DNA from: a virus
Lineage: Duplodnaviria > Caudoviricetes
Direction: 5' to 3' (one strand)
IMG/VR virus record: IMGVR_UViG_3300031463_000010
Span: 1-53,321 of that record
DNA length: 53,321 bases
In this document: piece after piece, positions 46,033 to 53,321 of the stretch
How positions within the stretch are numbered: the first letter of the stretch is position 1
How the letters are laid out: the number at the start of each line of letters is the position of its first letter
Program-made: the position numbers and the translations under genes
Notes under the pieces: generated by a model
Database searches by the model: none
Told to the model about the DNA's origin: nothing
Seen by the model: only the letters and a program-made list of their open reading frames with translations

Positions 46033-47055
46033 ATGGCTGACGTTGCCAGATACTCAACACTTACTGCAGAACAACGTACTTTCTATGAGATGGAAATGCT
46101 CATGCGCGCTGTGGGTGCTTTCACACACCTGTCAATGGCGCAGATGGGCATTGCCCCAGCAACACAGGTTCCTGAGAACAGTGGTGACACCATCAGCTGG
46201 CGGAAGATGTCCTCGCTCGCCGCTGTGACCACGCCTCTGACGGAAGGAATCACTCCTGAGCCGCACGACATCAGCATCACCTCGGTGACGGCTACCGTCC
46301 AGGAGTACGGCGCCTATGTGTACTACACACGCAAGCTGGCACTGATGGGGATCGACCGTGTGGCCGCGGAGGCTTCGGATGCGCTGGGCGAGCAGGCCGG
46401 TGACAGTCTGGATCAGCTGGTGCGCGATGTCATTGTCGCTGGTACAACCGTCCAGTACGCGGGCACCGCAACACAGCGCTCTGCTGTTTCAGACAAGTTG
46501 ACCGCAGCGGAGATTCTAGAGGCCGTAGCGACGCTCAAGGCCAATAAGGCACTGCCTGTGGCCGATGGTAAGTACTACGTGATCATCCATCCGTACACTG
46601 AGTACGACATCATGAGCGATGACACCTTCAAACAGCTGTTCTACTATGTCAAGGAACGCAGCGATGAGAATCCGCTCGTGACTGGCTACATCGGTGATGC
46701 GCTTGGATGTCGCTTCTTCGTGTCACCCAATGCGAAGTACTGGGTGGATGCTGGTGCCAGTAGTAAGGACGTTTATGCTACCATGGTCATCGGTAAGGGC
46801 GCGTTTGGAATCGGTGGTCTGTCTGGATACATGCCTGCTGCCGTGCGCGAGCTGACCACCAACTCCGCTGAGTCCGCAAACACCGGTGCCAAGGTGCGGC
46901 CATTGCGCCTGATCCAGAAGGATTTCGGTAGCGCGGGCACGTCGGACCCACTGAACCAGCGTGCTACGATCGCGTGGTACACCACGTTCACCACGGCGCG
47001 GCTGTTGGAATGGGCGATGGTTCGCATTGAACATACCACGACATTAGGAGGCTAG
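46033..47055 (+). CDS. Major capsid protein (N4-gp56-like family)
   Basis: VPENSGDTISWRK, PLTEGITP, QEYG, YYVIIHP and DPLNQRATIAW motifs; GGGAGG RBS. Confidence 0.92.
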   Translation: MADVARYSTLTAEQRTFYEMEMLMRAVGAFTHLSMAQMGIAPATQVPENSGDTISWRKMSSLAAVTTPLTEGITPEPHDISITSVTATVQEYGAYVYYTRKLALMGIDRVAAEASDALGEQAGDSLDQLVRDVIVAGTTVQYAGTATQRSAVSDKLTAAEILEAVATLKANKALPVADGKYYVIIHPYTEYDIMSDDTFKQLFYYVKERSDENPLVTGYIGDALGCRFFVSPNAKYWVDAGASSKDVYATMVIGKGAFGIGGLSGYMPAAVRELTTNSAESANTGAKVRPLRLIQKDFGSAGTSDPLNQRATIAWYTTFTTARLLEWAMVRIEHTTTLGG

Positions 47056-47056
47056 T

Positions 47057-47467
47057 ATGGCATACCTTAAACCTAGTGAGGTTATTCAACTCACGCTCTC
47101 TGAGCTGGCTACACTGAGCAACACGACCAACTTGGATGTGATCAGTGTTCCTTGCGACATGGAAATTTACTCAGTGCACATGAAGCTAGGAACGACCGGC
47201 GGCTCCAGTGGCAACACAGATGCTACCGTCTATTACACCGCGCCGTCCGGTGGCTCAACCAGCAGTGGCAATCTGTGGACGGTTGGGACTGGTGTGGGCC
47301 GGATTGCCTACAACGCCTCAAGCAAGTACTTGGACTTCACCCGCGACAACATGAACATCACTTTCATTGAGCGCGGAGGTACACTGTCGTTGAACGTCAG
47401 TAGCATCCCTGGCACCGCATCCACAAACCTGATCATCACCATCACTGGGGCACCTATAAAGCCTTGA
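47057..47467 (+). CDS. Capsid decoration-like beta protein
   Basis: Ser/Thr/Gly-rich beta protein immediately after the MCP. Confidence 0.55.
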   Translation: MAYLKPSEVIQLTLSELATLSNTTNLDVISVPCDMEIYSVHMKLGTTGGSSGNTDATVYYTAPSGGSTSSGNLWTVGTGVGRIAYNASSKYLDFTRDNMNITFIERGGTLSLNVSSIPGTASTNLIITITGAPIKP

Positions 47468-47476
47468 GCAGCCGCA

Positions 47477-47506
47477 TAGGGAGGGAGTGATCGAACTCCC
47501 TCCCTA
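47477..47506 (+). terminator. Hairpin after the capsid genes
   Basis: TAGGGAGGGAGT-GATCGA-ACTCCCTCCCTA; no U-tract. Confidence 0.6.
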
Positions 47507-47529
47507 ACATACAAAATAGGAGGAAGGGA

Positions 47530-48159
47530 TTGGCCACACGGAGTGCTCAGAGACAACCCGTCCGCGGTTCCGCACGGGTAGAGGAAAATGACCCGAACGC
47601 GCTGAGCCTGGAAGTGCTGCTGAACCGCCTTAAGCAGCTAGAATCGCAACAGAAGCTTCAAGCAATTGAGATGCAAGCCCTGCGCGACGAATCTGCTCAT
47701 CTGCGTAAACAACATGAACAGGCATTGCGTGAGAAGCAGCAAGCCGAGGAAGCGCTGCATGCTGCGTTGGAAAAGCTCGAACAGGTACGCAAGGAGCCTT
47801 TGCCGGACGCGAACAACGTAGCGATTATTGAAAGGGTTGCTGCAGTTCGGGCGCTTGAAAATGTAAAGGCGAAGCGAGAGAAGATGATCGACCTGGTCAG
47901 GAATGGGAAGCGCGTTCCTGTGGTCAATCCCTCCAATGAGCCGGTTATGGTGACACTCAACGGGGTGAGCTGGATCGTGCCTCCGGGCGAGTCAGAATTG
48001 CCAGAGGCCTTCCTTTCTGCATGGGAGGCACATATAGAGGAAGAGCGCTTTGCCGAGCAGCGTGACTCACGCATACGCAACGTCATGCTCCCATATGGAA
48101 CGCTGGAGGCATGGCGCAGCGGAGGGCAGAAACCTGACACGTTGTGGAGTGAAGAATGA
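47530..48159 (+). CDS. Coiled-coil hypothetical virion-associated protein
   Basis: TTG start after AGGAGG; long coiled coil and a VTLNGVSWIVPPG beta motif. Confidence 0.65.
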   Translation: MATRSAQRQPVRGSARVEENDPNALSLEVLLNRLKQLESQQKLQAIEMQALRDESAHLRKQHEQALREKQQAEEALHAALEKLEQVRKEPLPDANNVAIIERVAAVRALENVKAKREKMIDLVRNGKRVPVVNPSNEPVMVTLNGVSWIVPPGESELPEAFLSAWEAHIEEERFAEQRDSRIRNVMLPYGTLEAWRSGGQKPDTLWSEE

Positions 48160-49241
48160 GTGTGACACGTGCACAACTGCGCCGTTCCATTGGTGTGCGC
48201 ACGCGGCAGCCGTTCTTTGAGCGTTATAACAGCGGATACCTCACAGCATCTTCTGTCGGTCCCACATCGCTGGTGGATCAAGGTAACCTGAAGCAGGAAG
48301 ACGATTTCTGGAACGGTCAGTATTTGTACCTTTCAGGGTATGACATAAGCCGTGTGATATCCGACTTTGTAGGCAGTACGGGGACGCTGAGCTTCCGCGA
48401 GCCAATATCTGGGAACATTACAGATAAGCGTTATGAGATATGGGGGCAGTTCAGTGCGCACGACGTCAATGCCGCGATAAACCAGGCAATACGGGACTCG
48501 TGGCCTTTCTTCTTTGACAGTGTGCGCGAATACATTGTGATAAAATACGGGACCAACAGCAAGCTGTCACTCAGCAATACTGCTAGGTTCATCTATCGCG
48601 TTGCTATGGAGAATGTCGCGCTGGAGTATGGAACAGTCACCAGCACTCCATCACAGCAGAACTACCTGGTGGACTCATCGAAATCATTTGACTCCTCATA
48701 TATCGGTAAAGAGGTACGTATTCATAATGGGACGTCTGCTGGGGATCGCCGTGTGATCACTGAAGTGATTAACTCAAGCACGGTGAAGGTGGCGTCCGCA
48801 TTCACCAGCACGCTAGACACCACCAGCGAATACGCGATAGCATCAAACGCGGCGGAGGACTCCGACTACGACATTGTGTTTGCGTGGGACATTCAAAGCG
48901 CGAGCAATTCTAACGCTGTGGAGTTCCTGACATCGCTAGAGTACCACTACGGCTTGATAGCACGCGTGGACTACGAGGCGGAATTCCAACCGCTTTCCTC
49001 TGACACCGATACGACGGACTGTCCGTCTGAGTATATCGAGCTGGCAGCTATCGCGCGCCTTTACCTGATCAGACTTGCCTCTGCGCCACGTAGCGAGATG
49101 GACACATGGGTTGGGCTGCAGCGCGCGTACAGTGATGCGGCACACGCTTACGCACAGACATACGCATACCGGCACAACGCTGGTGTGATCGCGACGTGGG
49201 GCACCAGCGGACTGCTGCCGGAGCCGTTCCGTGAGGATTAG
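48156..49241 (+). CDS. Head-tail adaptor / tail tubular protein A-like
   Basis: VTRAQLRRSI...VNAAINQAIRD...YIELAAIARLY adaptor pattern. Confidence 0.65.
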   Translation: MSVTRAQLRRSIGVRTRQPFFERYNSGYLTASSVGPTSLVDQGNLKQEDDFWNGQYLYLSGYDISRVISDFVGSTGTLSFREPISGNITDKRYEIWGQFSAHDVNAAINQAIRDSWPFFFDSVREYIVIKYGTNSKLSLSNTARFIYRVAMENVALEYGTVTSTPSQQNYLVDSSKSFDSSYIGKEVRIHNGTSAGDRRVITEVINSSTVKVASAFTSTLDTTSEYAIASNAAEDSDYDIVFAWDIQSASNSNAVEFLTSLEYHYGLIARVDYEAEFQPLSSDTDTTDCPSEYIELAAIARLYLIRLASAPRSEMDTWVGLQRAYSDAAHAYAQTYAYRHNAGVIATWGTSGLLPEPFRED

Positions 49242-49243
49242 TC

Positions 49244-51310
49244 ATGTCTACATCGCACGTCACGATGACGGTAAACGGTACAAAGTACCGTTTTATCGTC
49301 CAACCAGAGTCATGGGCAGTTGTGGACATTGTCGACTTCTCGCCACGTGCCGTCACAGGGATGCCGACGCGCTCCGAGCTGGGGCTGTACCTGGACGTGG
49401 GACAGGAGTCATTCCAGCATGGGTATGGGTATGAACGCTTCACACAGCTCGGCGGATATGCCTGGACAGGGCACCTGGTAGACACGTCTGCCGGGTTTGC
49501 GTGTCTGTTCACGGAGCCGTCTTATGTAGACTACATTAGTGACACATCAGACTATCCACCCAGCTGGTGTGTGCATCGTGATCTGTTGTTCATCAGCACC
49601 GGGTCGTATCTATATGGGCTACGCTCGGATGGTAATCTGCAACCAATAACAGCGATCGACTACATAACAAGCATCGTCAGCAATGGGTCACGCATGTTCA
49701 TTGCGCGGCGCGGCGTGATAGGATCATTCTCGAAGCGCATGCTCGTTGCTGACGCTGGTATAGTAAACCACTCCGACAGCACGCACCTATATACACTTAC
49801 TGAACCGTATTGGTCTACAACGCCACAGGTGTTTGCTGGTGGAAAGGTATATATCTATGACGGCGTTGGGATTGGGCAATTACGTGATGTCACCGCCAAC
49901 ACAAGCAACTCGCTGACGATATCATCGGCGTGGAATATAAACCCTACCGAGGGGGACCGGTTCATTGTGTTCAATGATGCCGGTGTGGCCACGAATCCGC
50001 CGTATGACTTCTACAAGCTGGCATTGTTCGGTGGGTATGTGTGGGGGGCGGAGTCATACAGTCCTTACTTACATTTTTGGTCAGACACTGAAGGATTATC
50101 TGCGGAGGGGAACGGTAATTCCGACGTCAACGCTATAAGAGTCGGCCCCGGTGAGTATCTGATCAATAACATGATCGCATTCAACAATCAGTTACTTGTC
50201 ATGCGTGAGGACGGCGTATGGGCCATCGGGGATGATAACGTTGCATATCATCTACTGAACTTTGCTGATGAAGCACATGTCAATAACTTCCGTGCGGCAT
50301 GTGTATGGAACGGTTTCCTATACTTCACCGTGCGCAACAAGCTGTACCGCTATAAATCTGGTCTGCAGGACGCAACACCACCATACTGGGATACACACTG
50401 GCCGTTCAAGGCGTTTGGAGATTTCTCCGCACTCGTGCCGCGTGGAAAGTTCCTACACGCGTTTGGGCGCGCGAACGACACAACAACGCTCGAATCTACT
50501 GAACAGAACAAGTTTGGAGTAGTCCTCCGGACTGATGACGCAGCGTCGTGGCATAAGATCGCAGATGTTTACCAAAGCGGATACGATGTGAAGGACATAC
50601 CATTGGCGTTCTACGACTCTGCGAATGATTACCTGTACTACGGTGTGCGCATGAGTGCGCATGTGGACCGGTTGTACATCTACCGTGTGAAGTTTGATCC
50701 TATGAGCGATCTTCCGCACCGTGCATTCCCGACGTCCGGCGATCATAACCTTTACACATCATTCTACGATCTCAACATGATCCCGATACCAAAATCGTTC
50801 GCGCGTGTAACGTTGGATGGTGACTTCCCAAGCGGGACGAGCGTCGTTGTGAGTTACCGTGTCGATGACAGCACGTCGTTCACCACGCTCGGAACTATAA
50901 CATCCGCCGGACAGTATCTTGACTTCCCATCGAACACAACAGGCAAACGCATTCAGTTACGTCTGAACTTGAAGACGACCAGCTCGACAAGCACGCCGCT
51001 GATCCGTGCCGTTGTGCTTAAGGTGATGGCACGTCCAAACGTCAAGTATGGTGCTACATTCGACGTCATAGTCGAGGATGACATGTTTACCCCGGATCAG
51101 GGAGCGAGTGAGCTGAATGCTAAGCAAATCCGTCAGGCGTTGATGGCGGCGCGTGACAGTGTCGCGCCGATCACATTCACCGATATATATGGGGAGTCAC
51201 ACGCTTCATACCTTTCCTCACTGCGCTTCATGCTCCATGATTACGTCAACGAACAAGGGGAGATCGTGCGCACTGGAGAGGTAGCGCGGTGCACAGTTGT
51301 TTATGTGTGA
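49244..51310 (+). CDS. Tail nozzle / tail tubular protein B-like (beta-propeller)
   Basis: 688 aa, beta-rich; C-terminal GKRIQLRLNL...TPLIRAVVL. Confidence 0.65.
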   Translation: MSTSHVTMTVNGTKYRFIVQPESWAVVDIVDFSPRAVTGMPTRSELGLYLDVGQESFQHGYGYERFTQLGGYAWTGHLVDTSAGFACLFTEPSYVDYISDTSDYPPSWCVHRDLLFISTGSYLYGLRSDGNLQPITAIDYITSIVSNGSRMFIARRGVIGSFSKRMLVADAGIVNHSDSTHLYTLTEPYWSTTPQVFAGGKVYIYDGVGIGQLRDVTANTSNSLTISSAWNINPTEGDRFIVFNDAGVATNPPYDFYKLALFGGYVWGAESYSPYLHFWSDTEGLSAEGNGNSDVNAIRVGPGEYLINNMIAFNNQLLVMREDGVWAIGDDNVAYHLLNFADEAHVNNFRAACVWNGFLYFTVRNKLYRYKSGLQDATPPYWDTHWPFKAFGDFSALVPRGKFLHAFGRANDTTTLESTEQNKFGVVLRTDDAASWHKIADVYQSGYDVKDIPLAFYDSANDYLYYGVRMSAHVDRLYIYRVKFDPMSDLPHRAFPTSGDHNLYTSFYDLNMIPIPKSFARVTLDGDFPSGTSVVVSYRVDDSTSFTTLGTITSAGQYLDFPSNTTGKRIQLRLNLKTTSSTSTPLIRAVVLKVMARPNVKYGATFDVIVEDDMFTPDQGASELNAKQIRQALMAARDSVAPITFTDIYGESHASYLSSLRFMLHDYVNEQGEIVRTGEVARCTVVYV

Positions 51311-51318
51311 GATAGTGT

Positions 51319-53321
51319 ATGCCAACACCAGTGTACAACCCATGGGAACGCCGCGAAGAACGCCCAAGGATGCGTTATCCGCGCTATATCCGTCCATATC
51401 CACGCCGCCCACGCAAAATGATCCGCAGGCTGAAGTGGGGCGGTGTGATACGACAGCTGCTGCGACAGCCACGCCCACGCAGGCATGCAAAGCGACGTGG
51501 GACGAGATACGATGCGGACAGCTACCTGGAGGCACGTGCAGCCCAAAACGTGGAAGGCTCGTTGGAAGAGCGTATCTTTTACAAAGCGTTGGTGGATCAT
51601 GGGTTCATCCCTGGCGTGGACTTCGTATTCCAGTCGAGCGAGTTCGGTGGGCGCGTCGAGCTGGGTGGTTTGGTAGCAGACTTTGTGTTTCCTGTACCAC
51701 GCCTGGTTGTCCAGGTGATGGGCCAATATTGGCACAGCACTCCGGAGATCGAAGCGCGCGATGTCACACAGCAGGCGCTGTTGGAGATGCTCGGCTACAC
51801 AGTGATGTTCCTGTGGGCAGGTGTGGTTCGCGATGAAGTTGCACTTGAACGGTGGGTTGATAATAACTTATTGCATTTGTGGGGAACGTCGTCGCACCCA
51901 CTTGCAAGTGGTTCTAGTGAGGCGCCGTTTACACAGATGCTATTTGGAGGGACTATGAACGAGTACTTCCAACTCCTCCAGCGCGTTCAGGACCTGGAAA
52001 AGCTGATTAGTAATCTGAACGTCGACGAGCGTTTCAATCGTATTGAGGAGGCTATATTCTCTGGGCGTGGTGGGCCAGAGCTGCGCATCACCAGTGCGAA
52101 CATTGCACAGACGCTACGCAGCGCCAACTACATTGAGGGAACTTCTGGATGGAGGCTGGATAGGGATGGCAACGCTGAGTTCAATGACGTGGTTGTGCGT
52201 GGGACGATATATGCATCGTCTGGTAGGATTGGCGGATGGACGATTAGTTCAACCAAGTTGGTCGGCGGTGACGCTGAGCTGAACAGCGCAGGAAAGTTGA
52301 TACTAGGGAGCGGAAACGATGTGTGCGTCATCGATGCCACTGATGCTACCTACCGACTATGGGCCGGTAACGCCACAGCGTCATCCGCCCCGTTCCGTGT
52401 GGGAAAGGACGGAAGCGCTTATGTCCAGAGCTTGACCGTAACCGGCGAGTCAAAGAGCAGCAATTACTTGGCTGGACTGCGTGGATGGCATATAACTGGA
52501 AATGGTGATGCCGAGTTCAACAGCGCCGTCATTCGGGGGGAGCTGCGCGCGACAGTGTTCCACTTTGGTACGATACAAGCCGCTGGCGGAGTGTTGGTCG
52601 TGGCGCCGTCAGCAGCGCTTGCCAGTGACATAAGTGACACGCAGACCTCATTTGGCTTGACTGAGGTTCCGTTCTCCATCAATGACTTCATCCGGTTACA
52701 GGACTATATAGGTGGTGCTGTAAGAAGCGAGACCATGAAGATCACTGCGATCTCTGGAAACACCGTAACTGTGATACGTGCTGTTTCCGGAACGGCGTAC
52801 GCCTGGACGAAAGGCACAGCAGTGGTGCGTTGGATGGATCGCATTGTCCTGGACGCGAGTGACGGGGAGCATACACCTTACATCAGTGTCATTGACCAAT
52901 ATGGAAGTGGAATCAATGACTATGCCTTACGTATGCGCATAGGCGAGCTGTGGGGCAGTTATGGGTACACATCATCAGCTTACGGAATGGCTGCCGGTTC
53001 CGAGACTGGGATATGGGTTGGAGTGGATGCCACAAATGGCTTCCGCATCATGCAGGGAAGTACACCAAAAGCGCATTGGGATACCTCCGGCAACATCACC
53101 ATCGGGGAAGTAGCGTCGGGAAAGAACAACGTCTACATCACCTCTGGTGGGGTGTATATCCGCAACAACACGGTCAACCGCATTGCCCTGGACGCCAGCG
53201 GGGTGTTGACCTTGAACGACACCGCAGGCAATGCGGTGTTCACCTTCAACACATCCGGGGCGGCGGAGCTGACGCGCAAGATTACCCTCCCCGGAACCTC
53301 CAGCGCGATTGCCATCGGTGC
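51319..53321 (+). CDS. Tail fibre/tip protein with N-terminal Arg-rich segment and DUF559/Vsr-like domain (3'-truncated; not in the ORF track)
   Basis: Frame read by hand is open from ATG 51319 to the window end: SLEERIFYKAL...ADFVFP..RLVVQVMGQYWH...RD...LGYTVMFLW, then the tail-tip motif SANYIEGTSGWRLDRDGNAEFNDVVVRGTIYA. Confidence 0.8.
   Translation, partial: MPTPVYNPWERREERPRMRYPRYIRPYPRRPRKMIRRLKWGGVIRQLLRQPRPRRHAKRRGTRYDADSYLEARAAQNVEGSLEERIFYKALVDHGFIPGVDFVFQSSEFGGRVELGGLVADFVFPVPRLVVQVMGQYWHSTPEIEARDVTQQALLEMLGYTVMFLWAGVVRDEVALERWVDNNLLHLWGTSSHPLASGSSEAPFTQMLFGGTMNEYFQLLQRVQDLEKLISNLNVDERFNRIEEAIFSGRGGPELRITSANIAQTLRSANYIEGTSGWRLDRDGNAEFNDVVVRGTIYASSGRIGGWTISSTKLVGGDAELNSAGKLILGSGNDVCVIDATDATYRLWAGNATASSAPFRVGKDGSAYVQSLTVTGESKSSNYLAGLRGWHITGNGDAEFNSAVIRGELRATVFHFGTIQAAGGVLVVAPSAALASDISDTQTSFGLTEVPFSINDFIRLQDYIGGAVRSETMKITAISGNTVTVIRAVSGTAYAWTKGTAVVRWMDRIVLDASDGEHTPYISVIDQYGSGINDYALRMRIGELWGSYGYTSSAYGMAAGSETGIWVGVDATNGFRIMQGSTPKAHWDTSGNITIGEVASGKNNVYITSGGVYIRNNTVNRIALDASGVLTLNDTAGNAVFTFNTSGAAELTRKITLPGTSSAIAIG

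Noticed and set aside
1-53321. Integrase/att sites, tRNA or rRNA genes, introns/inteins, alternative genetic code
   Set aside because: None recognised by eye. Core genes are uninterrupted under the standard code and all three stop codons end genes. A tRNAscan/Infernal run would be needed to exclude small RNAs.

Overview
The window looks like most of one tailed dsDNA phage genome of podovirus type, probably lytic: no integrase, tape measure or sheath gene was recognised. The + strand arm (27301-53321 and 1-5340) carries a likely small terminase, TerL, portal, Pro/Gly-rich internal proteins, a 3600-aa virion protein, scaffold, major capsid protein, tail adaptor/nozzle, tail fibres and a lysis module. 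The - strand arm (26916-5350) carries early promoter-gene-terminator cassettes, a MoxR AAA+/VWA-peptidase pair, eight tandem diverged paralogues, RuvC-like, SNF2, Cas4-like, Sak4-like and SSB-like genes, a primase-helicase and a UDG-PolA fusion. The main find lies right after the polymerase stop codon: a non-coding array of seven 36-nt units (9-nt repeat / 9-nt spacer / second 9-nt repeat / 9-nt spacer), directly upstream of a nuclease-less IS110/Nop-domain protein. This is the architecture of a TIGR-Tas (TasA-type) RNA-guided DNA-targeting system. Other notable items are the eight-paralogue array and a DUF559/Vsr-like nuclease fold fused to a tail fibre. All calls come from reading motifs by eye; no database searches were run.
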